Shown: in pieces, positions 31,951 through 41,485 of the stretch
How positions within the stretch are numbered: the stretch's first letter is position 1
How the letters are laid out: every line of letters begins with the position of its first letter
Notes under the pieces: model-generated
What the model was told of the DNA's origin: nothing
Database searches by the model: none
What the model saw: only the letters and a program-made list of their open reading frames with translations
Assembly (NCBI GenBank): GCA_040218735.1
Contig: JAVJQW010000023.1
Span: 608,001-672,000, forward strand
From: Deltaproteobacteria bacterium
GTDB taxonomy: Bacteria > Myxococcota > Kuafuiibacteriia > Kuafuiibacteriales > Kuafuiibacteriaceae
Direction: 5' to 3'
DNA: 64,000 bases
Made by a program: the position numbers and the translations under genes

Positions 31951-32067
31951 AACGGCTCCAGAGAGACGAATGAGACCGATGGCACCGTCTCGCAACCGAG
32001 CTTGCAAAGACCGAAAGACGAAAAGATCCCGCGATGCTGCGCGAGATCAGAGGGGGTCGCCACCCGA

Positions 32068-32140
32068 TGGGCCCTGTGGGAATCGAACCCACGACCTTGG
32101 GATTAAAAATCCCCTGCTCTGCCGACTGAGCTAAAGGCCC
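32068..32140 (-). tRNA. tRNA-Lys (TTT)
   Basis: GGGCCTTTAGCTCAGTCGGCAGAGCAGGGGATTTTTAATCCCAAGGTCGTGGGTTCGATTCCCACAGGGCCCA folds as a cloverleaf; CCA not encoded. Confidence 0.95.
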
Positions 32141-32240
32141 TGCTCGCCTCCCTAATCCCCGGCTCCCGCACGGTCAAGCCCAAGCTCGCGCGGCGGTGCT
32201 TGGACGTCCGGATGCGTTGTGGGGTACGTAGCTCCCCGCA

Positions 32241-33503
32241 ATGAAGCGAGCTGCTTGGATCGTCGCTGCGCTGATCGTCGTCGGGCTGGCCGTGGCCGGT
32301 GCGTGCAAGGAGAACGATCCCCCGAAGTCGGCGCCGCCGCCCTCGCCTGCGAAGGCGCCGCCCGCCAAGGCGCCGCCGCCTGCGCCGAAGCCTCAGGGGA
32401 CGCCGCCGTCTGCGGGCGCGGAGGTGCCCGCGAAGCGGGAGGCCTCCAAGGCCGACGTCGAGAAGGCCATCGCCACGCTCACCGCCAACGTCACCGCGGG
32501 GGCGCACGACCGGACGAACCCCTGGGCGATGGCGCACGGACTGCTCGTGTTCGGGAAAGACATGAAGGCGTCCGACGGGCGGCTCGCCGTGGACGTCATG
32601 GTCAGCGACTTCACCGTCAGCGCCAAGACCGACGGTCGCAAGATCTACGGCTTCCCCGAGCGCACCGCGAGCGGCACGCCCGTCGATCCGCACGGCAACA
32701 TGATCGTCCGCGCCCTGCTCGCCGCCGGCGTGAACGAAGACAAGAAGTTCAAGCTCGGCACCGGCGAGACCATCACGCTCAAACGCCTCGCCGACGACGC
32801 CGAGTGGGTCACCGCGATCCCCTCCAACGACAAAGACTGGCACCGCTTCGCCTGGACCCACGGCGCCATCCTCGAACGCCACGGCGCCTCCGACGCCATC
32901 GACACCAAGTTCGGCAAGAAGACGCTCCTCGAGCTCGCGCTCCGCGCCGTGCACCACCTCGAAGAGGATCAACAAACGCTCACGCGACTCCGCGAGAGCG
33001 GACACCCCGATCAGGTCACCAAGGACCGCACCGGGATCTTCGGACACCCTTGCGGCGGCCTGCACTTCGTCCAGACCACCGCCGAAGCCGCCCAGCAACA
33101 GGGCGACGAAAACCTCCTCGCCAAGGTCCGCGCGCAGCTCGACACCGTGCTCTTCCGCTGGGAAGCCGAGCGCCGCATCTACCGCAACTTCGCCACGCAA
33201 CGCCCCGACGTCCGCATCCTGATCCTCGTGCAGGAGCTCAAGTTCTACGGGCACATCCTCGAGACGTTCGCGCTCGCCTCCGAACAAGGCGTCGTGAAGC
33301 TCTCCGCGGACGACAAGAAGCGCCTCCGCGAAGTCGCCGGCGACCTCCTGAACACCATCGAAGCGCTCTCGGGCGCGTACGCCAACCTCGACAAGATCAA
33401 GGCCTCGTCCGCCCAGACGTACTACGACCTCATCGGCGACGGCTGCCACGCGATTCGTGGCCTTCGTGAGGGCCTTGTGCCATTCTTCGGCGCTGACCCA
33501 TGA
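32241..33503 (+). CDS. Hypothetical lipoprotein
   Basis: Signal peptide with lipobox VAGAC, Pro/Ala linker, host-like codon usage. Confidence 0.8.
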   Translation: MKRAAWIVAALIVVGLAVAGACKENDPPKSAPPPSPAKAPPAKAPPPAPKPQGTPPSAGAEVPAKREASKADVEKAIATLTANVTAGAHDRTNPWAMAHGLLVFGKDMKASDGRLAVDVMVSDFTVSAKTDGRKIYGFPERTASGTPVDPHGNMIVRALLAAGVNEDKKFKLGTGETITLKRLADDAEWVTAIPSNDKDWHRFAWTHGAILERHGASDAIDTKFGKKTLLELALRAVHHLEEDQQTLTRLRESGHPDQVTKDRTGIFGHPCGGLHFVQTTAEAAQQQGDENLLAKVRAQLDTVLFRWEAERRIYRNFATQRPDVRILILVQELKFYGHILETFALASEQGVVKLSADDKKRLREVAGDLLNTIEALSGAYANLDKIKASSAQTYYDLIGDGCHAIRGLREGLVPFFGADP

Positions 33504-33898
33504 GCAAGCGGAAGATCCGCGTCGTCGCCGCCCAGATCGAACGCGACGGCAAGTACCTGATCACGCAGCGCAAGCCGACGAGCTCGCTCCCGCTGCTCTG
33601 GGAGTTCCCCGGCGGACGCGTCGAAGAAGGCGAATCGGACGAAGCCGCCCTCGCCCGCGAGCTGCGCGAGGAGATGGAGATCGACGTCGAAGTCCGCGAA
33701 CCGACCATCTCCGTCACCCACGAGTACACCGCCTACGTCATCGACTTCCGCGTCTACCGCTGCAAACTCGTCACCCCCGACGAAGAGATCCGCAAAATCG
33801 GTATCCACGATTTCACCTGGGTCTCACCGCTCGAGCTCGACGACTACGAATTCCCCGGCGCCGACCAAGCCACCGTCGACGCGCTCCTCGGCGACTGA
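33500..33898 (+). CDS. NUDIX hydrolase (MutT/NudG-like)
   Basis: WEFPGGRVEEGESDEAALARELREEM Nudix box. Confidence 0.92.
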   Translation: MSKRKIRVVAAQIERDGKYLITQRKPTSSLPLLWEFPGGRVEEGESDEAALARELREEMEIDVEVREPTISVTHEYTAYVIDFRVYRCKLVTPDEEIRKIGIHDFTWVSPLELDDYEFPGADQATVDALLGD

Positions 33899-33944
33899 CG
33901 CGACGAAGGTTGACATCACCCCCGAGGGGTTCCATCCGTGAAGG

Positions 33945-35129
33945 GTGAAGCTCGCAATCCTCTCGGCGAACTCGAAGTCGTACAGCACCAAGCGCCTCCG
34001 CGAAGCGGCCGAATCCCGCGGCCACAACGTGAAGGTCCTCAACACCCTCAAGTTCGCGATCGACCTCGAACAGGGCGCGCCGGACCTCTACTGGCGCCAG
34101 AAACAGCTCAGCACGTACGACGCCGTGCTCCCGCGCATCGGCGCGTCCATCACCTACTTCGGCACCGCCGTCGTCCGGCAGTTCGAGACGATGGACGTCT
34201 TCTGCGCGAACTCCGCCGTCGGCATCATCAACTCGCGCGACAAACTGCGCAGCCTCCAGATCCTCAGCCGCCACCGAATCGGCATCCCGCGTACGTCCTA
34301 CGTGCGTGACAAACGTGACGTCCTCCCCGCCATCGAACGCGTCGGCGGCGCACCCGTCATCATCAAGCTGATCGAAGGGACGCAGGGCATCGGCGTCCTG
34401 CTCGCCGAGTCCGTGAAGGCCGCGGAGTCGATCATCGAGCTCCTCCAGTCACAGAAGCAGAACGTCCTCGTCCAAAAGTTCGTCGCGGAGAGCAAAGGCA
34501 AGGACATCCGCGCGTTCGTCATCGGCGACCAGGTCGTCGCCGCCATGCGACGCGTCGCGCAGGGGCAAGAGTTCCGCAGCAACGTGCACCGCGGCGGACG
34601 CACCGAGCAGGTCGAGCTCGATCCCGAGTACGTGCGCACCGCCGTGCGCTCCGCGCAGATCCTCGGGCTGCGCGTCGCGGGCGTCGACATGCTCGAAGGC
34701 AAGGACGGCCCGCAGGTCATGGAGGTCAACTCGTCGCCGGGCCTCGAAGGCATCGAGACGTGCACGCAGCTCGACATCGCCGGCGCCATCGTCGACTACA
34801 TGGCCGCGCAGGTGGACTTCCCGGAGATCGACATCCGCCAACGCCTCACCGTCAGCCGCGGCTACGGCGTCGCCGAGCTGCACATCCCCGAGGGCTCCTC
34901 GTACGTCGGCAAGACCATCGAAGGAAACGAGTTCTGGAACCGCGACATCAACGTGCTCACGCTCTACCGCGGCACCACCGTCATCCCGAACCCGAAGACC
35001 ACGCGCGTCCTCGAAGCCGGCGACCGCCTGCTCTGCTTCGGCAAACTCGAAGCGATGCGCGGGATGGTGCCCGAAAAGACGCGCCGCCGCCGCCGCCCCA
35101 AGCTCGGCGAGCTCCCCCAGGAAAGTTAG
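33945..35129 (+). CDS. rimK: RimK-family ATP-grasp alpha-L-glutamate ligase with C-terminal TrkA-C domain
   Basis: YDAVLPRIGASIT, SRDKLRSLQ, EGTQGIGV, FRSNVHRGG, EVNSSPGLEGIE. Confidence 0.9.
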   Translation: MKLAILSANSKSYSTKRLREAAESRGHNVKVLNTLKFAIDLEQGAPDLYWRQKQLSTYDAVLPRIGASITYFGTAVVRQFETMDVFCANSAVGIINSRDKLRSLQILSRHRIGIPRTSYVRDKRDVLPAIERVGGAPVIIKLIEGTQGIGVLLAESVKAAESIIELLQSQKQNVLVQKFVAESKGKDIRAFVIGDQVVAAMRRVAQGQEFRSNVHRGGRTEQVELDPEYVRTAVRSAQILGLRVAGVDMLEGKDGPQVMEVNSSPGLEGIETCTQLDIAGAIVDYMAAQVDFPEIDIRQRLTVSRGYGVAELHIPEGSSYVGKTIEGNEFWNRDINVLTLYRGTTVIPNPKTTRVLEAGDRLLCFGKLEAMRGMVPEKTRRRRRPKLGELPQES

Positions 35130-35130
35130 A

Positions 35131-37038
35131 TCAGGGTTCGAGCGGTAGTCGGAACGTGAAGCGCGTGCCGCGGCGCGTGCTCTCGTAGTTCACCGTCCCG
35201 CGGTGCTCCTCGGCGATCTGCCGGACCATCGCGAGGCCGAGGCCGGTGCCGCCGACCTTGCCGGACGTCGCGAACGGCTCGAACACGCGATCCTCGAGCT
35301 CCGACGGGATGCCGGAGCCGGTGTCCGTGAAGTGGATGACGAGGTACTCGTCGTCCTGCAGGACGCGGATGCGGAACGTTCCGCCCCCCGGCATCGCCTC
35401 GCGCGCGTTCCGCGCGATGTTGTGGAAGACACGCCGCATCTTCGTCTCGTCGAAGCGCGCGGCGCCGCGGTAACGCGTGTCGAGCACCAACGTGACGCCG
35501 GAACCCGCGAACTCCTGCTCGAGGTAATCGCGCATCTCGTCCATGAAGCGGTGCACGTAGACCTTGCGGATGAGGACGTTGCGCTCGCCGCGCGCGAACG
35601 CGAGGAGGTCCTTCGTCATCGCCGACAGCAGATCGATCTGCCGGTTCACGAGGTGCGCGTACTGCGAACGATCGTCGACGTTCTCCGACGACGCCATGAT
35701 CTGCGTGTAGCCGGAGATCAACGTCATCGGTGTTCGCATGTCGTGCATGACACCCGACAGCATCCGCCCGATCGTCGTGAGCCGCTCCGACTGCTCACGT
35801 TCCTTGCGCCGCCGCTCCGCCGCGATCGCACGGCCCGCCTGCGCGGCCACCACCGTCAACGTCGCGACGTCGCTCTGCGAGAAGTGTTTCTTGTCGCGGC
35901 GGTTGATCAGCTCGAACGAACCGATGATGCCCGAGTACTTCGTGCGGATCGGCACCGCGAGCACGGACCGCGCGTTGATGCGCCCGCGGCGCATCCCCTC
36001 CAGGTCGTTCAAACACACCGGCTCGCCCGTGCGAACGATGTTGCCGACGACCCCCTCGCCGATCTGCAGCGCGGTCTTTTCGAGCGAACGCGCGTAGACG
36101 CCGTGCGCGGCGATGACCTCGATGCGGAGGCCCCGCTCGTCGATCACGTGAATCGCCGCGGTCTTCGCGCGCAGCGCCGTCATCGCGGTGTCGAGGATCG
36201 CGCCGAGCATGTCTTCGAGCGCGGACGACTGCGAGATGACCCGCTCCGTCTCGAACAGCAGCTGCAACTCGGATTGTGTCTTTTCCAGCGCCTCCGAGTG
36301 TTCGACCGCCTGCCGGTAGAGCGTCGCCACCTCGAGCGCGACGCCGATCTCCGAAGCGATCGCCTCCAGCAGACGCTCGTCCGTCGCGTTGAAGTTGCCT
36401 TCCTTCTTGTTGAGGACCTGCACCACCCCGAGCACCTCCGTGCTCTGCGGGTGACGCACCGGCCACACGAGCATGCAGCGCGTCTTGTAACCGGACTCCT
36501 TGTCGAACGCCGGGTTGAAACGTTTGTCCTTGTACGCGTTGCGGATGTGGAGCGGCTTACCGTGGTCCGCAACCCAGCCTGCGAGGCCCTGCCCGAACGG
36601 GAGCCGAATCTCCTTGAGCTCCTCGCCCTGAATGATCTTCGACCACAGCTCGCGTTTGTCGGCGTCCACCAGGAACAGCGTGGAGCGATCCGCCTCCAGC
36701 AGGTCCGTCGTGCGCGACACGATCTCCGACAGCAGCGGGTCGAGCTCGAGGTTCGACCCGAGCGCGCGCCCGATCTGCTTCATCGCCTCGACGCGCCGCT
36801 CGGAGCGCTCGAGCTCGTAGTGCATGTCCGACAGCTCGCTCTCGAGCTCGCGGACGCGGGCCTCCAGCTCCTTCTGCGCGCCGCGCGTGCGGAGGATGTT
36901 GCGCTGGACGTCGGAGACGATCGGCCCGCGCGAGCGACCGTTGGCGCCGGAGCGCGACGGTAGACGCTTCTTCGCCTTCTTCTTCGGCGAGCGCTTCGGA
37001 GGGTCCGACCGGGCCACGATTGGCCGAAACGCTACCAT
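35131..37038 (-). CDS. GAF-GAF sensor histidine kinase
   Basis: Two GAF domains (FDKESGYKTR, QVLNK); H-box MHDMRTPM; N, G1 (DTGSGI) and G2 (GTGLGL) boxes. Confidence 0.92.
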   Translation of the reverse strand: MVAFRPIVARSDPPKRSPKKKAKKRLPSRSGANGRSRGPIVSDVQRNILRTRGAQKELEARVRELESELSDMHYELERSERRVEAMKQIGRALGSNLELDPLLSEIVSRTTDLLEADRSTLFLVDADKRELWSKIIQGEELKEIRLPFGQGLAGWVADHGKPLHIRNAYKDKRFNPAFDKESGYKTRCMLVWPVRHPQSTEVLGVVQVLNKKEGNFNATDERLLEAIASEIGVALEVATLYRQAVEHSEALEKTQSELQLLFETERVISQSSALEDMLGAILDTAMTALRAKTAAIHVIDERGLRIEVIAAHGVYARSLEKTALQIGEGVVGNIVRTGEPVCLNDLEGMRRGRINARSVLAVPIRTKYSGIIGSFELINRRDKKHFSQSDVATLTVVAAQAGRAIAAERRRKEREQSERLTTIGRMLSGVMHDMRTPMTLISGYTQIMASSENVDDRSQYAHLVNRQIDLLSAMTKDLLAFARGERNVLIRKVYVHRFMDEMRDYLEQEFAGSGVTLVLDTRYRGAARFDETKMRRVFHNIARNAREAMPGGGTFRIRVLQDDEYLVIHFTDTGSGIPSELEDRVFEPFATSGKVGGTGLGLAMVRQIAEEHRGTVNYESTRRGTRFTFRLPLEP

Positions 37039-37048
37039 GCATCGCGGT

Positions 37049-37969
37049 TCAGTTCTCGGCGGTCAGCGCGCGGCCGTTCCTTGCGCTCATGACCTGCGGG
37101 AGCACCTCCCCGAGCGGGAGCCCGCCGGGGACACCGAAGTCCAGCGTACGGATCGGGAACGGGATCGTGATGTCGTTTTCGTCGAACTTGCGCTTGATCG
37201 CCATGATGACGTCACTGCGCGCGGTCAGGAAGTCCCGCTGCGTAGGATTGACCCAGACGCGGACCTTCATGTCGATCGACGAGGATCCGAAGCCCGTATA
37301 GACCGCGTCGACGTCCTTGCTCTCGAGGCGCCCGTCGATGCTCGACGCCGCCTCCACCGCGAGGCGCTTCGCCTTCTCGAGATCGTCGCCGTACGACACG
37401 CCGACCTCCAAGTCGATCCGGCGCTCGCCGCTCGTGTGGTAGTTCGTGATCTTCGAGTTGAAGATGTCCTTGTTCGGGATGATCACCTTCTGACCCTGGA
37501 ACGTGCGCCCGATCGTCACGCGCAGGTTGACGTCCTCGACGATCCCGAAGAACCCCGCCGCCTCGATCAAGTCACCGCGGTCGAACTGCCGACGGAACGC
37601 GAGCACCACACCGGACACGAAGTTCGACGCGATGTCCTGGAACGCAAAACCGAGCGCGAGGCCGATGACGCCGACACCGGCGAGGAGCGACTTCACCGTC
37701 CCGTCGAGCTGCAGGATGCCGAGCGCCGCGAACATCGCAGCGCCGAGCACGACGAGCCGACTGAGCTGCGTGACGAGCGCGGTCGCCTGGTGGTTGTCGG
37801 AGACGCGGTTGAGCGAGCGCTGAACGATCGCCCCGACGAGCTTCGACGCGCCGAAGCCGATCAACAGCACCACGATCGCGACCGCGAAGTTCGGCAACAG
37901 CGCCGCCGCGGCGTTCGTCCACCCCTCGAGGGTGGAGAGGACTTGGTCGAGCAGGTTCTCCCAGTTCAT
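37049..37969 (-). CDS. mscS: MscS small-conductance mechanosensitive channel
   Basis: GLALGFAFQDIASNFVSG, GDLIE, IPNK, IPFPIRTL. Confidence 0.92.
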   Translation of the reverse strand: MNWENLLDQVLSTLEGWTNAAAALLPNFAVAIVVLLIGFGASKLVGAIVQRSLNRVSDNHQATALVTQLSRLVVLGAAMFAALGILQLDGTVKSLLAGVGVIGLALGFAFQDIASNFVSGVVLAFRRQFDRGDLIEAAGFFGIVEDVNLRVTIGRTFQGQKVIIPNKDIFNSKITNYHTSGERRIDLEVGVSYGDDLEKAKRLAVEAASSIDGRLESKDVDAVYTGFGSSSIDMKVRVWVNPTQRDFLTARSDVIMAIKRKFDENDITIPFPIRTLDFGVPGGLPLGEVLPQVMSARNGRALTAEN

Positions 37970-38144
37970 GCGCGATCCGCTTCGCCACTTTCGTGCCGGG
38001 GCCATCGACGCAGCTTTCGCGCACGAACCTGCGCGCTGCGCGAGGCAACGTGCGGCGCCCGTGGCGTTTCGCCACGCCGCCCCGTGCAGAGCGGCGCGCA
38101 GGAGCCGCGATCCGGGTGGCACGGATGCTGCTCTTCAACCGGGC

Positions 38145-38681
38145 ATGACCGACAATTTTGTACTCGACATCGAACGTATCCGAGACCGCGCGAAGCGCGA
38201 GATGGAGAAGGGCGCCGTGACGGACGCGTACGGCGCGGACCGCGAGCAAGTCATCAAGGTCCTCAACGAAGCGCTCGCGACGGAGATCGTCTGCACGCTC
38301 CGCTACAAGAACCACTACTACCGCGCCTCCGGCATCCGCGGTCGCGAAGCGGCCGAGGAGTTCCTGGAGCACGCGCAGGAGGAGCAGGCGCACGCGGATC
38401 AGATCGCCGAACGCATCACGCAGCTCGGCGGCGTCCCGGATCTGAACCCGAAGACCATCGCGACCCGCGCGCACGCGGAGTACACAAACGACGACACCCG
38501 CACGCTGGAAGCGATGCTCAAGGAAGACCTCGTCGCAGAGCGCATCGCCGTCGACGTCTACACGCAGATGGCGAAGTGGCTCGGCGACAAGGACCCGACC
38601 ACCCGCCGCATGATCGAAGAGATCCTCGCGACGGAGGAGGAGCACGCCGACGACATCGCGGACCTCCTCGAGAGCCGCTAG
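38145..38681 (+). CDS. Ferritin-like/bacterioferritin family protein
   Basis: LNEALATE, EEQAHAD, EDLVAER and EEEHADD di-iron motifs. Confidence 0.9.
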   Translation: MTDNFVLDIERIRDRAKREMEKGAVTDAYGADREQVIKVLNEALATEIVCTLRYKNHYYRASGIRGREAAEEFLEHAQEEQAHADQIAERITQLGGVPDLNPKTIATRAHAEYTNDDTRTLEAMLKEDLVAERIAVDVYTQMAKWLGDKDPTTRRMIEEILATEEEHADDIADLLESR

Positions 38682-38710
38682 CCAACAGCGCACAGCAGAG
38701 AACCGCCCCT

Positions 38711-38758
38711 CTCGCAGCCGGCTGCTGCCCTCTGGCTGCCGGCTGCCGGCTGCCAGCT
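38711..38758. repeat. Degenerate GGCTGCC heptamer tandem repeat between convergent genes
   Basis: cagccggctgctgccctctggctgccggctgccggctgccagct. Confidence 0.6.
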
Positions 38759-38767
38759 CATAGCTTC

Positions 38768-41485
38768 TCAGTGCGCGTCGTCCCAGCTCGGTCCCCAGCT
38801 CGCTTCGCAGTCGAGCGGGACCTCGAGCGGGTAGATGTTCTCCATCAGCTGCGTGACGAGCTTCGCGACCGCCTCGGCGTCCTCCTCGGGCGCCTCGACG
38901 AGGAGCTCGTCGTGTACCTGCAGCAGGATCCGCGCGGCCGGGAACTCCTCCGCGAGCACCGCGTCGACGCGGATCATCGCCAGCTTCATCAGGTCTGCGG
39001 CGCTCCCCTGGATGGGCGTGTTCGTCGCGATCCGTTCCGCGGCGGCGCGCGCCCCGCGGTTCTTGGAGTTGATGTCCGAGATCAGCCGGCGCCGCCCGAG
39101 GATCGTCCGCACGATCCCATTCGCACGTGCGCCGTCGAGGGTTTCGTCGATGAACTTTCGCACGCCCGGCTGGCGATCGAAGTAGTCCTTCACGAACTGC
39201 GAAGCCGTGCGACGCGGGATCTTCAGGTCCCGCGCGAGACGCACCGGCCCCATCCCGTACAACACGCCGAAGTTCACCGCCTTCGCCTGCGTTCGCTTCT
39301 CGCGATCGACCTCCTCCGGATCGATCTGGAAGATCGCCGCCGCCGTGCGCGTGTGCACGTCCGCGCGATCCGCGAACGCCTTCAACAGCAACGCGTCTTG
39401 CGAGAAGTGCGCGAGCACGCGCAGCTCGATCTGCGAGTAGTCCACCGAGATGAGCGCGTTGCCCTCGTCCGCGATGAACACCTGACGCAGCTCGCGCCCC
39501 AGCTCGGTGCGGATCGGGATGTTCTGGAGGTTCGGGTCCGTCGACGACAGGCGCCCCGTCGCCGCTGTGCTCTGGGAGAACAGCGTGTGCACGCGACCGG
39601 TCTTCGGCGACACCATCTTCGGCAGCGCCTCGACGTACGTGCTCTGGAGCTTCTGCACCTGACGGTAGTCGAGGATCGCCTGCGGTAGCGGGTGCGCATC
39701 CGCGAGATTTTCGAGCACGGACTGGTCCGTCGAAGGCCGCCCCGTGCGGGTGCGTTTCACGATCTTCAGCTCCAGCTCCTCGAAGAGGATCTGCTCGAGC
39801 TGCTTCGGCGAGCCGACGTTGAACTCCTTGCCCGCCGCCTCGAAACACGTCGCCTCCAGGCGCTTCAGCTCCTTGCCGAACCGCTCCGACATCCGCGCCA
39901 ACCGATCGAGATCGATCCGGATCCCCACGCGCTCCATCCGCGACAACACCGGCACCAGCGGCAGCTCGACGTCCTTCAGCACGCCGTCCACCGCCGCGTC
40001 CTCGATCGCCGGCTCCATCGCCTGCGTCCCGACCAACGCGATGTCCGCGAGCTCCGCCATCAGCGGCGTCATCTCGGGCGCCGGCTGCGACTCCACCGTG
40101 ACCGCCTTCTTCCCGGTGCCGAGGACCTTCGAACGCTCCAGCGGCTCGTGGCCGATGTACCGCCGCGACACCAACACCGGGCCGTGGTTCAGCTCGTCGG
40201 GCTCCAAGAGATAACTCGCGATCGTCGTGTCGAACGCGAGGCCCGCCATCTCGATCCCCTCGCGCGCCAGCACACCAACGACGTTCTTCGCGTCGACCGA
40301 CACCTTGGTGATCGCCGAGTCCGTGAACACCGGCACGAGCGCCTCGAGCACCGTCGCCGCGTCGAGCCCGTCGCCGTGCGCGAGCGGCACGTAGACCGCC
40401 TTGTCCTTCTCACGCGACAGACCGATCCCCACGAGCTTCGAGTCGACCGCCTGCGTCGTGTCCGTCTCGAACCACACGCCGATGCGCGACGCCGACTTCA
40501 ACTCGGCGACCACCGTCTCGAGCTGCTTGGCGGTGGTGATCGTCCGGTACCCCTCGCGGTCGATCGTGATCTGCAGGCTCTTCGGCCCCTCCGGCGCGGG
40601 GGGCGGCTCCAGCTCGTCTTCGTCCTGCGCGACCTTCGGGATGAGCTTCTTGAACTCGAGCTCGGTGTACAGCTCGTACAGGCGCGACTGATCCGGCCCG
40701 CCGTAACGGAGCTCTTCGACGTCCTCGACGGAGACCTTCACGTGGTCGTCGAGCGCGACGAGCTTCCTCGACAAACGCGCGTCCTCCGCGTTCGCCGCGA
40801 GGTTCTCGCCCATCTTGCCTTTGACCTTCTTGTTCTTCGCCGCCTCCAGCACGGATTCGAGGTCGCCGTGTTTGTTGAGCAGCTTCGCCGCGGTCTTCAG
40901 GCCGACGCCGCGCACGCCCGGGATGTTGTCGGTCGAGTCCCCCGCGAGCGCGAGCGCGTCGGCGACGAGCTCGGGCGGCACCCCCATCTTCTCCTCGACC
41001 TCCTTCGGACCGAAGCGCTGGTTGCGCATCGGCTCGAAGATCGTCACGCGGTCATTGACGAGCTGGAACAGATCCTTGTCTCCGGTGATCAACCGAACGT
41101 CGAAGCCCTGCTCCAACGCGATGCGGACGAGCGTCGCGATCGTGTCGTCGGCCTCGCACCCCTCGAGATTGAAACACGGCAAGAGGAACGCCTCCGCGAT
41201 CTGGTGGATGCGCGGGATCTGCGTCGCGAGATCCTCCGGCGGCGGCGGACGGTTCGCCTTGTACTCGGGGTAGAGGTCCTTGCGGAAGTTGTTGCCGCCG
41301 GCGTCGAACGTGATCGCGAAGTGCGTCGGGCTCTCCTCCCGGAGCGCCTTGTCGATCATCGTCGCGAACCCCATGGCCGCGTTGGTCGGTTCGCCGCGCG
41401 CGGTGGTGAGCGGTCGAATCGCGTAGTAGGCCCGGAAGATGTAGCCGGAGCCGTCGATGATGTGGAGGAGCGGTCGTTTTTTCAC
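38768..41485 (-). CDS. polA: DNA polymerase I
   Basis: 5'-3' exonuclease (IDGSGYIFRAYY, EADD, GDSTDNIPGV); polymerase motifs TGRLSSTDPNLQNIP, DYSQIELR, KAVNFGVLYG, QVHDEL. Confidence 0.98.
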   Translation of the reverse strand: MKKRPLLHIIDGSGYIFRAYYAIRPLTTARGEPTNAAMGFATMIDKALREESPTHFAITFDAGGNNFRKDLYPEYKANRPPPPEDLATQIPRIHQIAEAFLLPCFNLEGCEADDTIATLVRIALEQGFDVRLITGDKDLFQLVNDRVTIFEPMRNQRFGPKEVEEKMGVPPELVADALALAGDSTDNIPGVRGVGLKTAAKLLNKHGDLESVLEAAKNKKVKGKMGENLAANAEDARLSRKLVALDDHVKVSVEDVEELRYGGPDQSRLYELYTELEFKKLIPKVAQDEDELEPPPAPEGPKSLQITIDREGYRTITTAKQLETVVAELKSASRIGVWFETDTTQAVDSKLVGIGLSREKDKAVYVPLAHGDGLDAATVLEALVPVFTDSAITKVSVDAKNVVGVLAREGIEMAGLAFDTTIASYLLEPDELNHGPVLVSRRYIGHEPLERSKVLGTGKKAVTVESQPAPEMTPLMAELADIALVGTQAMEPAIEDAAVDGVLKDVELPLVPVLSRMERVGIRIDLDRLARMSERFGKELKRLEATCFEAAGKEFNVGSPKQLEQILFEELELKIVKRTRTGRPSTDQSVLENLADAHPLPQAILDYRQVQKLQSTYVEALPKMVSPKTGRVHTLFSQSTAATGRLSSTDPNLQNIPIRTELGRELRQVFIADEGNALISVDYSQIELRVLAHFSQDALLLKAFADRADVHTRTAAAIFQIDPEEVDREKRTQAKAVNFGVLYGMGPVRLARDLKIPRRTASQFVKDYFDRQPGVRKFIDETLDGARANGIVRTILGRRRLISDINSKNRGARAAAERIATNTPIQGSAADLMKLAMIRVDAVLAEEFPAARILLQVHDELLVEAPEEDAEAVAKLVTQLMENIYPLEVPLDCEASWGPSWDDAH

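Larger units (their letters stand above)
20563..32067. mobile_element. tRNA-Lys-proximal integrative island unit 1 (integrase remnant, two ISCR/IS91-like copies, defence-like cargo)
   Basis: Lies between the tRNA gene and core copy C; tyrosine recombinase adjacent to the tRNA. Confidence 0.85.

Noticed and set aside
38711-38758. Heptamer repeat as a functional array
   Set aside because: Short, degenerate simple repeat between convergent genes with no associated genes
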